Positions 25,690-39,380 are shown, counted from the first letter of the stretch. The stretch is DNA of 64,000 nucleotides from Octopus sinensis (GCF_006345805.1 NC_042997.1:34472001-34536000); one strand, 5' to 3'. Made by a program: numbers and translations. Notes: a model not told the origin generated them from the letters alone.

Positions 25690-26345
25690 GATGCACGCCA
25701 ACAGATGGCAGCATACAGTCACGTGCGCAATGAGAGCTACCAGTGACCTTCATGAATCGGTATGCCGAGTGACATTGTCGTGTTTGTGTTGCAAATTCTT
25801 AAATTTGTGTTTTTGTGCTCACATGTAAGCGATTTTGTCATGGACAGGAACAAAGAGCGAATGTGAAATTTTGCGTTAAACCAGGGAGGTCTGCTACAGA
25901 GACATTGAGTACGCTTCGACGAGCTTACAGCAACGTATGGGTTTGTGCAAGCAATACTAACTTCTCTGAATTGAACATGCGGCGTGTTTCTACCAAGTTT
26001 GTCCCCACCTGTTGACCACTGAGCAGCAAGAACATCGCGTTGAAGTTTGTCAAGGCTCCGCCAGTCTGCAGTTGATGACCTATCCTTCATGTCGAGGATC
26101 ATCACTGCTGATGAGAGTTGGGTCGACGAATACGTCCCTGAGACGAAGCTGCAGATATCACAATGGAAAAAGCCCTTCATCTCCACGACTGAAGAAGGCA
26201 CAGCAGGGCTACAGCTTAATCTAGAGCAGGCTCATAGTTTTTTTTTTGACATCCACAGTATTGTGCATCGAGAATTCATTCCCTGGAGCCAAACCGTCAA
26301 TCGAGAGTTTCTCTGCGACGTTTTGGAGCGTTGGAGGGACGATTC
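25690..26345 (+). mobile_element. Internally deleted mariner transposase pseudogene
   Basis: EQRANVKFCVKPGRSATET (HTH, ATG at 25840); MRRVSTKFVP..LTTEQ; SRIITADESWV..YVPETK; FFDIHSIVHREFIP..QTVNREF. Confidence 0.9.
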
Positions 26346-26667
26346 GGCGAAAGCAACCGAATCCGTTGAGTGCTGAGAATTAGATACTTCACGACAACAA
26401 TGCACAATGGTATCATGGCTTTCAGAAAGTAATTATTTATATCTATTTCCATTGCATTGCAGATATTAAAAGCTTGAAGCATTTTCGTATACACGTTGAT
26501 TTAGCAAAACAGTGCATTGGAACGTTAAGCCAAGTCCATACAATTGTAGTGATGTAAAAGAGATATAAAAACAAGCGAGATGCTGCCAGGGCGAATGATT
26601 TCTACTGGAGTTTATGGAATTTCCTCAAGATGAAAAGGCAGTTTAAAGGTCACCGTTTTAACACTGT

Positions 26668-27058
26668 TGTGGTAAGTAGCTTGCTTACCAACCACATGGT
26701 TCCGGGTTCAGCCCCACTGCGTGGCACCTTGGGAAAGTGTTTTCTACTATAGCCTCGGGCCAACCAAGACCTTGTGAGTGGATGTCGTAGACGGAAACTG
26801 AAAGAAGCCCGTCTTATATATATATATATGTATGTATGTATGTATATGTGTGTGTGTCTGTGTTTTTCCTCCACCGTCGCTTGACGACCGATGTTGGTGT
26901 GTTTACGTCCCCGCAACTTAGCGGTTCGGCAATAGCGAGCAATAGAATAAGTACTAGGCTTACAAAGAATAGTTTCTGGCGTCGATTTCTTCGACTAAAG
27001 GTGGTGCTCCATCATGGCCACAGTCAAATTATTGAAACATGTAAAAGAATAAAAGAAA
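26668..27058 (+). mobile_element. SINE family A, near full length
   Basis: Collinear with 15868-16300. Confidence 0.9.
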
Positions 27059-27729
27059 GAAAAAAAATTCCTTAAAAAATGTATTTAAAGATCTCTGAAA
27101 TGAATATGTAAAGTGCACATATAACTGAATATAATAAAGTGCAAATGATAAGCTGCCTCTTTTCGTATTACATAGCAATGGGGTGAGTTTCTTTTAACAC
27201 TGGGACAAGTGTCTATGAGTTTTAACTGAAATACTTCTGGATTTGTTGGTAGGATTAATAATTTATGCCATCAAGAAACTGTTTTCTTGAATATCTATGT
27301 CCTAAACTTGTGTAGTAAAACATCCTCCTAAAGAATATATACTTAGACATGAATTTTCCGGTAAAACAGTGCATTGGAACGTTAAGCCAAGTCCATACAA
27401 TTGTAGTGATGTAAAAGAGATATAAAAACAAGCGAGATGCTGCCAGGGTGAATGATTTCTACTGGAGTTTATGGGATTTTTCCAAAGAAACTGATTATAT
27501 CACTAAAGCAACGAAATGAGATATGATCGTGGTACTCACGAAGAACAGTGTAAGATCATAGACTTTGCGATCATCATATGAGATGAAAGTGGATATCAAT
27601 GAAACTAAAAAAATTGAGAATTATCTCGACTTAGCCTGACAGATGGAAAGACTGAAACATTAGTGAGAAAACTGTTCCTGTGATAATCAGTGCAGTCGGG
27701 TTAACAGCCAAGAAAAAACAAAAGTGGAA

Positions 27730-28180
<451 letters not shown>

Positions 28181-28683
28181 TCAATATTGAAGGAAAAGAA
28201 AATGAACAAAAACTGGATGTAGGAATAATATACTTGTATGTTATAGAATGCTGAAAATTCCTTTAAAAAAACATAATCTTCAAGAAGTCTTACCCCATAT
28301 AGTTAGAATATGATACCTTTCTTAGCATTTTAACCAAATGCTTAGAATGTCTTATTAACTGGGGGATAGTACGAAAACATACATGTAGGTTATTTTATTC
28401 TATTTTTTTCGAGCTTTACAACTTGTAATCAATTTATTTGTACTGTTATATATTTTTTAAAGTACTTTTGAACATTTTATAACATATAAATAAATCATTC
28501 ATACATCCCCTTTTTCCTCCATTTTCTTTTCCATCAATATCGAAAATATATAATTTCAATAATCCCTGACATATACCAGTGAATTTCGCATTGTATGCTA
28601 GACAATAACCAGTGGAATATCTTGGATTATATAACCTCTAATAAAGATATAACTTCCTCGAATGACCTGTATATATATATATT

Positions 28684-29105
28684 ACTCTTTACTCTTTTAC
28701 TCTTTTACTTGTTTCAGTCATTTGACTGCGGCCATGCTGGAGCACCACCTGTAGTCGAGCAAATCGACCCCGGACTTATTCTTTGTAAGCCCAGTACTTA
28801 TTCTATCGGTCTCTTTTGGAGAACCGCTAAGTGACAGGGACGTAAACACACCAGCATCGGTTGTCAAGCAATGCTAGGGGGACAAACACAGACACAGACA
28901 CACAAACATATACACACACACTTATATATATATACATATATCGACAGGCTTCTTTCAGTTTCCGTCTACCAAATCCACTCACAAGGCATTGGTCGGCCCG
29001 GGGCTATAGCAGAAGACACTTGCTCAAGATGCCACACAGTGGGACTGAACCCGGAACCATGTGGTTGGTTAGCAAGCTACTTACCACACAGCCACTCCTG
29101 CGCCT
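28684..29105 (-). mobile_element. SINE family A, full length, young
   Basis: Intact head (aggcgcaggagtggctgtgtggtaag on the minus strand) and (TAAAAGAG)n tail. Confidence 0.92.
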
Positions 29106-29108
29106 ATA

Positions 29109-29140
<32 letters not shown>

Positions 29141-29666
29141 CTACGAACCACATATAACCTATATATATTTCCCATAAATATATATATCTACGAACCACAT
29201 ATAACCCATATATATTTCAATGACACCAGTTTTCCCTAATTAGAGTTAGCTACCTTACATTGCACCGCCGGTGAACCTCCAGAAGTCACAGGCACATAGA
29301 AGACACGCCACTGAATAACCATGATATCACAGGTCCAACTCTTTTATATTCCATCTCACAACGGACATAAACTGTGAACCCAACTATAATGTAAGGCACT
29401 CGAATGTTTGATCTTCTCTTTTCCGATGTAACCATTGATCTTCCGCTCTGCTTCTCTCTACCTTTGACTTCTTCCTTCTGAAGTTGTCTACCACTGGCAA
29501 CGAGGGAAAAATATAAATATATATTTTCCGCGCCATGGTAAACAGAAACGATCGTAAACAACTTCACTCTCACTCTCACAATTATTTACTAATTAAATAA
29601 TGGCTTACTAGCGCAAAAGACGCACTTGTGTTTGTTATTTTCCTCCGTTTTCTTATATGTATATAT

Positions 29667-29714
<48 letters not shown>

Positions 29715-29718
<4 letters not shown>

Positions 29719-30042
29719 AATTAAGGGTTTAGCAACGATTTGCCTCACCACACACCGAATTTAAATATAGCAGTCAAAGAGTTATGGCTATTCTTTCTAC
29801 TTAAAAGGGAGATCTCAATAAAACCACAGCACTTAAAAGGCAAACGCAGGCAAAAGAGAAAGAAATGACGACAATCATTCTATATTAAGTCACCTACGGA
29901 CGTACGTTTCGAAATTAAGTCTTGGGAAAGCATAAAAATTAAGATCTCCCTTTTAAGTAGAAAGAATAGCCATAACTCTTTGACTGCTATTTCTAAATTC
30001 GGTGTGTGGTGAGGCAAATTGTTGCTAAACCCTTAATTACTT
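29715..30042. repeat. Inverted repeat, 101-bp arms around a ~126-bp spacer, abutting (TA)n
   Basis: 29715-29815 vs 29942-30042 with ~3 mismatches. Confidence 0.95.
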
Positions 30043-30203
30043 AGTATTACTTAAACATTCCTTGAATGGGGCTTTTACATGCCGAAATGTACTTGGTGAA
30101 ATTAATGATTATTCCAAATTAATTAATTTCACCCTATATTATTATATATATCTCTCTTTTACTCTCTTTTACTCTCTTTTAATTAATTAATTTCACCCTA
30201 TAT

Positions 30204-30258
<55 letters not shown>

Positions 30259-30713
30259 CACACATTCACACATTTATTTAATTAGTGTGTGTGTATTAAA
30301 TTTCGTCATAAATGTTATCTATGTGTACAGGAGAATGTGTAAAAAGGTACGTACGTACGTACGTATGTATGTATGCATGTATGTATGTATGTATGTGTGG
30401 CCGTGTATGTGTGTGTGTGCATTTCGTATTTGAATCTTCACAACCAAGGCTGGTTTACTTTATATTCCAAATAACTTAGAATTTCGACAAATCAACTGAA
30501 TAAGTAGCAGATTTTATTTAAATACAGGGAGTTGATTTAATCGAGTTAATGCTCTAGAATGGCGGCGATTCAGTGACAAAAACAGGCAAATAAAAGAGCA
30601 AAAGGGTGTATTTATCTTAATGTCATGAAGTAACTAGTTTCTATTTTCCTTTCCTTTTAGCACTAATGATATGACACTATATTAAACTAATATTTTTATC
30701 TAAGGCAACGACG

Positions 30714-30860
30714 TGGCGGAATTGTTACCACGCCGGACAAAATAAATGCTTAGCAGTATTTCGTCTGTTTTTACGTTCTCAGTTCAAATGCAGCTAACGT
30801 CGAGCTTGCCGTTCATTCTTTCGAGGTCGATGAAATAAGGAACAGCTGAGCACTGGGGAT
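30714..30860 (+). mobile_element. SINE family C, degenerate 5' part
   Basis: cacgccggac..aatgcttagcagtatttcgtctg..ttctcagttcaaat aligns to the family C head. Confidence 0.65.
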
Positions 30861-31208
30861 GATGACACACACACACACCACACACACCACACACACGCAC
30901 ACACATATACAATTACACACCCCACACGCACTCACATTCACACACCACATACACGCACCCACATACACACACCACACACACAAATACACACCGCACACTT
31001 ACACCGACATACACATACACATCGCCACACACTACACACACACGACAAACACCTCACACACGCACATACACATACACACACCACACACATGCAAACTTTC
31101 TTTGAAAATTAAATCTTTAACCTGGAATGAATTGCCCTATATAACAGATGTCTTAGGTACGAGTTGACTGATATGAGTTGTTCAAGAATGTCCTGGCATC
31201 AGTTGCCC

Positions 31209-31636
31209 TAGAAAGGACAGTTAAATTCCAAACCACTATTAGGGATAAAGTTTCGAAGGAAATGAAAAATGAAAACATTTACCATCTAACTCATGGACCA
31301 ATGGTTTCAGACTTTTTTTAGCAAATAAAATAATTTGCTAGGCGAAGTCTTCTTCAGCAGGTACACCTCAGATTGAATATATATACACGAGGCAATTCAG
31401 TGTTTGCCCCGTGCTTATACATTCTAATTTTTCAAAACTGGATTGCCTCGTGAATATATATGTAATCTAAGGTGTACCTGCTGAAGAAGATTTCGCCTGG
31501 AAGATTATTTTATTTGCTAAAAAATAGTCTGAAACCATTGGTCCAGGAGTTAGATGGTAAATGTTTTTATTTTTCATTTCATTCCCTTCGAAATTTTATC
31601 CCTAATAAGTGGTTTGGAATTTAACTGTCCTCACTA
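31209..31636. mobile_element. ~430 bp foldback MITE with ~190-bp TIRs
   Basis: aggacagttaaattccaaaccact... / ...agtggtttggaatttaactgtcct; short central spacer at ~31405-31435; no TSD recognised. Confidence 0.85.
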
Positions 31637-31843
31637 GCGTGCAAAGGAATCCTATGATGGATACCTCTTGTGTGTTTAAATGTACACTGTATGAATAATA
31701 TATAGTCTACTGACTAAATGTCTACACGTTAGGCCACTGGTAATAGAAATTTCAAATATTTCTGATTACCCTTTGATATTATTAATTATACACACACACA
31801 AACACACACGCACACACACACAAGCACACACACACACACACAC

Positions 31844-31897
<54 letters not shown>

Positions 31898-31898
<1 letters not shown>

Positions 31899-33086
31899 CA
31901 GGTCATTAAGAATTAAACATCCGACTTTCTTATGCACAAAGTTTGACAGTCGTTAATTTTGATGTTTCATCCTGACAATTCTTTGTTTTCCAACATTGAA
32001 GAAATACAATAGCACTTTTCGAAATGCAATTCATGGTATCTGATTATATTGTGAATATTCTCTTGTAAATCATTTTTTTGCGAACCCATGGATAGATCAA
32101 AACTTCGTGTTGTTTATGACTGAACTCTGTCGTGGAACCAATGCATCCCAAACGGCTTGAAACATCAGTGAGGTGTTTGGTGAAGATGTAGTTTGAGAAG
32201 TTCCGGTCTGTTGACTTTTCTCTTGAAAATTAGCCCCGTGGTAGACTTGAGACCAAGGTGAGTAACGGTGAGTTTGAAACTGTAGTGGAAGCGGATACAT
32301 CTCAAAGTGCGCGTGAGTTAGCAGCAAGGTTTGATGTTTCGATGCCAATTGTATTGGACCATCTGAAACAAATCTGCTAGGTAAAGAAGCTGGATAAGTG
32401 GGTACCACACAAACTGAACGAAAATCAAATGACCCGTCGTCTTCAAACTTGCTGTTCTTTGCTGTTCTTTGCTGTCACGGTATAAAGGCGAACCGTTTCT
32501 GTATCGTACTGTTACGTGTGGTGAAAAATGGATTCTTTTCAACAATAGCAAGCGTTCTGCACAGTGGTTGGATAGAGACGAAGTACAAGAACATAATCCA
32601 AAAAAGAATTTTCACCAAAAAATGTTAATGGTGTCTGTTTGGTGGTTTAGCGCAGGTATCATCCATTACAGCTTCATGAGACCTGGTCAGTCAATTATAG
32701 CGGTTATATACATGAAACAACTGGATGAAATTATAAGCGAACTTACAATTAAACAACGGAAACTGGTCAATAGAGACAGGCAATTCTCTTGCAAGACAAA
32801 GCTCCACCACATATTGCACAAAGAACGCAACTCAAGTTACAGGAACTGAACTTGGAAGTACTTGGTCATGCACCATATTCACCAGACATCGCACCAACTG
32901 AATATCATGTTTCCAGGCATTGAACAAAATTTTGCAAGGAAAAACTTCAAATGAGAAGAAGATGTAAAAACAGCCTTTCGTGATTCCATCACCTCTTGTT
33001 CTTCAGATTTCTTCGCTGCCGGCAGAAATGGGCTACCGATAAGATGATAAAATTGTATTGATAATTTAGGTGCATACTTTGATTAA
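31898..33086 (+). mobile_element. Near-full-length mariner transposase pseudogene (resembling cecropia/Hsmar1-like elements), 3' TIR missing
   Basis: ATG at 32088; WVPHKL, VTCGEKWI, LMVSVWW..GIIHY, HAPYSPDIAPTEYH; stop at 33084-86; several stops and frameshifts. Confidence 0.92.
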
Positions 33087-33306
33087 CTACATTGATGTTT
33101 GTTGATATATATATATATATATATATACATATGTGTGTGCGTGTGTGCGTGTATACACACACACAGGTATGTTGGAGCAAACAGGGTAAATAGAACTCAA
33201 AATATGTGTATATGTTTGATAAGTGCCAACGCTCGAAACTCCCGGAACTTGATTCCCTGCTGCTTCTGATACGTGTGTACATATATATATGTGTGTGTGA
33301 CCACAC

Positions 33307-33359
<53 letters not shown>

Positions 33360-33415
33360 ACACACACACACATATATATATATATATGCATATCTATATA
33401 TCTGTACGTGTGTAA

Positions 33416-33447
<32 letters not shown>

Positions 33448-34467
33448 ATATATATGTATGCATATATATATGTGCATATCTATCTGTATGTATGCATGCA
33501 TGTATGGATGGATGGATGTGCAATCAATTTAGGAAATGCCAAATCTATTCATATATTTAGTACTAGTTATATAATATAATAGTTATATAATATATAATAG
33601 TTTCTAAAGCATGAAGAGGAAGCGAAACGACTTGGATCCTCCATAGGGCAACAGCATGCCGCACATAACCTTTCCTGAAGCCAAAATAACCAAAGAAAGG
33701 TTATAGTGAAATCAACGTTTATAGTTGGAGTATTATACCGCTTTGTTATATCTGTTCAGTCTAAGTGGATTCACTCAGAAAAAAAAAACAAACAAAAACA
33801 TAAGTGACTTCACTGCAAGCAAAATTTAAAGCCAGTGACAGAATACAAATAATCGAATTATCGATTATTATCACGTTCCCTACCGAAACGTTATTCAAGC
33901 TCTAACGTATACCCGATAAAATACTACTTTGGTTAGAATAGCTAGGAAAATAGCTATACAAAGATCCATTTTATTTTGTAATACTCGATCAATTTAATCT
34001 ATTTTATATTCTGCATGTCTCCATGTGTTTGTTTTGAATCAAAATAATTTTTGTTAAAGAATAAAGAATATATGTTTTCTCTTCTTTTTTTTAGATAAGC
34101 ATGGATATGATCATTTTTTTCGTTTTCTTTTTTTTCAGTAGACTCAGTGTAGACTGAGAGTTGCATTTTTACTTGATTCTTCTCGGCGAATATACGAAGG
34201 GTAAATATTGTATATAAAAATGGCAAATATTATTTGTGTCATTTATGTATTAGAAATGTAGATTGGTTTTGTGAGTGACGTCAAACAACGAAATGTACAA
34301 ATGGAAGCCAGGTTGCAATTGCAGCTCGATAGGAATCCAGTATTCATGTTATAAAATACACATGCACACGCGCACACATACACACACAGACACACATATA
34401 TATATACACATACACACACACATATATATATGTTTCAAAATATAATATTATATATATATATATATAT

Positions 34468-34745
34468 ATAAATGAAAGAATGGAGTTGAACGACGAATTC
34501 ACAAAATTCCTTTATTCTCGACATATGTTTCGAAATATATGTCGAGAATAAAGGAATTTTATTAATTCGTCGTTCAACTCCATTCTTTCATTTATTTGTA
34601 TTTAAAAAACACACAAATTTTCACACGAAGGCACGTGATCTCTGCCCTTGGCATGTAGCTTCAACCGTGTTTTCTGACGTGAATTTGCTACCCAGGTATC
34701 GGTCAACCGAATTATCCATAAGATAATTCATTCAACAACTTATAT
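34468..34745. mobile_element. Rearranged relative of the 19579-19834 element, including a 128-bp palindrome (34468-34595)
   Basis: Palindrome arms equal the last ~62 nt of the 19579-19834 element; 34703-34745 is the reverse complement of 19575-19625. Confidence 0.8.
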
Positions 34746-34869
34746 ATATATATACTTCTTTTAAGTGCCTATATGGTCGCGGGTACACATGGACATCAGC
34801 TCAAGCTTTTCACAACTTAACGTAGCGGAACATCGAAAATGTGACACCTGGATTGAGAAAGTTTGAATC

Positions 34870-35022
34870 CAGCATTGGAATCGGTACTTATATGAAGCTG
34901 AGCAGACTCAAATGGCATGAAATTAAACGCTTTGCTCTCAAAGACAACGCAACGGCTGACACAAGGAGTCGAATTCTTAGTCTTAGAATCGCGTACGCAA
35001 GACCCTAACCGCTAGGCCTCAC
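34870..35022 (-). mobile_element. Degenerate tRNA-headed SINE (different family)
   Basis: Minus strand reads gtgaggcctagcggttaggg...gaattcgactcc (A- and B-box-like). Confidence 0.5.
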
Positions 35023-35057
35023 ACTTTCATATGATAATACATAAATACATGCGTGTA

Positions 35058-35111
<54 letters not shown>

Positions 35112-35282
35112 TGTATACGTACTTGAAAGCACATTTATATATGTATTCACACACGAGCGTGCGCACGCTAGCACGCACACAGACACACACACATACACGC
35201 GCGCGCTCACACACATACACAAACAAACACACACAAACATATATATATTAAGTGCATGTGTGAGCGTGCAACATAATATACA

Positions 35283-35514
35283 TTTCTTTACTACCCACAA
35301 GGGGCTAAACACAGAGGGGACAAACGAGGACAGACAAACGGATTAAGTCGATTACATCGACCCCAGTGCGTAACTGGTACTTAATTTACGGACTCCGAAA
35401 GAATGAAAGGCAAAGTCAACCTCGGCGGAATTTGAACCCAGAACGTAACGGCAGACGAAATACGGCTACGGATTTCGCCAGGCGTGCTAACGTTTCTACC
35501 AGCTCGCCGCCTTC
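35283..35514 (-). mobile_element. SINE family C, full length with 13-bp TSD
   Basis: caacataatatac at 35269-35281 and 35514-35526; B-box-like gggttcaaattcc. Confidence 0.92.
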
Positions 35515-36990
35515 AACATAATATACTTTACTTACACTACATGAGTATGAAGAATTATTTACTGCAATTTCTGCTGATGGGTGTATTCAAAATGAAAGTA
35601 CTGATGGTGGAAACTTAAGTGAAATAGAAATGAATCAAACCTCATTAATTGATTCTGTGTCTGGATGCATTTAAATAGTTTCTATACAGTATCATTAGAG
35701 TTAAAAACAGACACCAATGTGTCGTAAAACATCATATCAAATAATTATAAACGGATCAACGAACAATTTCTCTTTCGTTGCTCGACTTTTTCGAAATAGA
35801 AGCAGAATCTCAGTCAGATCACATATTACCTTAAGAAAAAAGGAAGGTCATATTAAATAACACAGTTTTAGATACACCATGCGTGAACGAGGAGACCGGA
35901 TGATCATATGACCAGGGCAGGAGCTTCATTAACCACAGGTTTGATCTCTCATGCATGGCCTCGGGCTAGACAAGAACAGTAAAGTTGATCAGATGAATGG
36001 CTTATATATACTGCCATATCCCTTCTAGGTTGAAGATTTCCGAATGAATAATTTCTTGATGATTAATTTCCGCTACATTTCATTTAGGATATATAACCTG
36101 ACTGGCATCTTTACTACTACCCAAGACAGAACCCATAGCTTTTGGCACCAATGTTGGCAGTGCTTCAACACTTTATTCAGTAGTTTGGTAAACATTTTAG
36201 TAAAATATGTAATCTAATTGTCTTGCCAGATACGAACAAATTCCTACAGTTTTTATTGACAAAAAGTATTTGCATTCAAGCAGTTTTGTATTGATCTATC
36301 CTTGACGTCTAAGCATGGCTGTACATTTGTTGTATATCCAGGATCTTGTAACTGCGGGTTTTGTGGGTTCGTTACACTGTACATTACAATAATCACTAGT
36401 GCAGTGTAGTTTCGAGACGATTTATCTAAAAATCTAATGACAAAGCTAATCTAACTGCGAAATACATTAGCTAAATAAATTAGTAAATTAGATTAGGATA
36501 AAAACTCAGCTTTTTTAAGGATTTGTCATGACGTCTTGAAATAAATTGTTAGAAATTCACAGGGAACAACACAAAATGAAAACCAGACTCTCACTGATCT
36601 GAAAAGATGATAATCAAAAAACAAAGCCACAAAATAAAATAAAAAACAGTACAACAAACTTAACGTCATATTCTAAGTTATTCACGGTAATAAAATGTGA
36701 TATTTCACAGAAAGTGTCATAAACCAAGAAAAAATATAACACTCTTTTTTTTTTTTATAGAACGTTCCTGCTTCCATGTGAAATCTTGACGGTTGATTCT
36801 AATTATATGAGAAGCTGTCAGATAAGTCATCAGGATGAGGGGGAAAAAACCATAGTTGTTAATGTAATCAGGTAAGAACAGGCTGTGAAGGAACGATAGA
36901 TTAACATCCATAATGCAAGTTTAAAATGTCATCAGTATCTACCTCAAAACGTCACACACAAACACACACATACACGCACGCACACAACAC

Positions 36991-38189
36991 ACATACTACA
37001 CATACACACATACACACGTACTTACAGACGCCAGCAAATAGACACGCGCGCCGCATGCCTATTTCTGTATATGTGCGCGTATGTGTATGTGCGTGAGGAT
37101 GTCGAGATTTATACACACGCGCATCGTGATGTAAGTGTTCATAAGTGTATTAAAAAATATATTTTACCTGCGGCAAACGTTTTCCTATTTCTTTACTAAC
37201 CCACAAGAGGTGACAAACAAGGACAGACATAAGGATTAAGTCGATTATATCGACCCCAGTGCGTAACTGGTACTTAATTTATCGACCCCGAAAGGATGAA
37301 AGGCAAAGTCGACCTCGGCGGAATTTGAACTCAGAGCGTAACGGCAGACGAAATACCGCTAAGCATTTCGCCCGGCGTGCTAACGTTTCTACTAGCTCGC
37401 CGACGTTTTCCGATGTAGAATTCAATACGTAGGGTACAGTGAATACATATGTCGAATGTATCAAAGGGATTGTCCGCCCAAAGTTTGACCCTGAGCTGAG
37501 CTGAGCTATTAAAGGCAGAGTACGAAACTCAGAGTAAGCTCTTTGACATACCACACACACGCGCACACGCACACACACACATACTACACATACACACATA
37601 CACACGTACTCACAGACGCCAGCAAATAGACACGCGCGCCGCATGCCTATTTCTGTATATGTGCGCGTATGTGTATGTGCGCGTATGTGTATGTGCGTGA
37701 GGATGTCGAGATTTATACACACGCGCATCGTGATGTAAGTGTTCATAAGTGTATTAAAAAATATATTTTACCTGCGGCAAACGTTTTCCTATTTCTTTAC
37801 TAACCCACAAGAGGTGACAAACAAGGACAGACATAAGGATTAAGTCGATTATATCGACCCTAGTGCGTAACTGGTACTTAATTTATCGACCCCGAAAGGA
37901 TGAAAGGCAAAGTCGACCTCGGCGGAATTTGAACTCAGAGCGTAACGGCAGACGAAATACCGCTAAGCATTTCGCCCGGCGTGCTAACGTTTCTACTAGC
38001 TCGCCGACGTTTTCCGATGTAGAATTCAATACGTAGGGTACAGTGAATACATATGTCGAATGTATCAAAGGGATTGTCCGCCCAAAGTTTGACCCTGAGC
38101 TGAGCTGAGCTATTAAAGGCAGAGTACGAAACTCAGAGTAAGCTCTTTGACATACCACACACACGCGCACACGCACACGCACACACACA
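36991..38189. repeat. ~0.6 kb near-identical tandem duplication; each unit contains a SINE C (37185-37405 and 37790-38010, minus strand)
   Basis: Units differ by about 2 substitutions and a 16-bp indel. Confidence 0.95.
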
Positions 38190-38207
38190 ATAGGCAACAC
38201 ACGTAAC

Positions 38208-38420
38208 GTTTATCTTTTACTTGCTTCAATCATTTGACAGTGGTCATACAGCGTCACTGCCTTGAAGGGAATTTTAGTCGAAAGAATCGAACCTAGGACT
38301 TCCTTTGAGCCTAGTACTTATTCTATCGGTGTCTTTTACCGATTTGCTAGTTTACGGGAACGCAAACACACCAACAGCGGCTGTCAAGCAGTGTTCGAAA
38401 CCAACACACAAATATGTACA
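38208..38420 (-). mobile_element. SINE family A, diverged tail half
   Basis: cttttacttgcttcaatcatttgac..gtacttattctatcgg..aaacacaccaaca..gtcaagc. Confidence 0.7.
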
Positions 38421-38809
38421 TACGTACACACAAACATACCTACATACATACCTACATACCTATCTACTTGCCTACATACATACATACATACAAACAAACA
38501 TACGTACATACTTACGTACATATATACATGCATACATATATGCTCTGAATGTAGTACCAGGCAGTGGTTCTCATGGCTTCTGATCTTAACTGACTGGAAA
38601 TGTTATCATGTACATTGTTTTCTCTTGATTTAAAAGATGATCTACACCAAATATTCTGCTCAGTACCACAGATTTTCTTCTCAATTGTTTGACATTAACT
38701 TGTTGAGCATGCCCTTAGTGGCTGACGATAAATGCAGATAAATTCCTCTATTTACATAATATCGACATCTGTTTCCTTCTTTTGTTGTCTTACTATTTCT
38801 TTCAATATA

Positions 38810-38842
<33 letters not shown>

Positions 38843-39380
38843 TTACACAACGCGCGTTGTGCATGTATGTATGTGTATACTTCGATATATACATATGTAT
38901 ACATGCATGTATGCTTATAACATGTATTATATAAGTATCCAATTGTAGCTAGTAGGTGATCTATCAGAGAATTGAATTTGAGTTTTGGTTCCTAATTAAG
39001 CATATTTCGACTCTATTTCGTAGTTATATTACAAATTGCAGTTACCATATTTAAAACTGAAATGCCATCCAGAGAAATGTTAAACATTCCAAATCTTTAT
39101 TCAGTAGTTTGGTAAACATTTTAGTAAAATATGTAATCTAATTGTCTTGTCAGATACGAACAAATTCCTACAGTTAAACATGTTAAACATTCCAAATCGT
39201 TATATCATCTTTTAATACAAATATACCTAATCATTCCTTGAATATCATCCCTGTTCACGAAAGGGTTTTCAGTGTATTTATTTAGCTTGTAGGTGTAAAG
39301 AAAAATATATTTTAAAGTAACTATGTGTATTTTAAATATATGTTTTAAATATATTTTAAAGTGACTATAGTGTACATGTG

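Noticed and set aside
35530-35654. Short open frame HEYEELFTAISADG...SGCI*
   Set aside because: No splice acceptor; it runs back into the SINE TSD and microsatellite.
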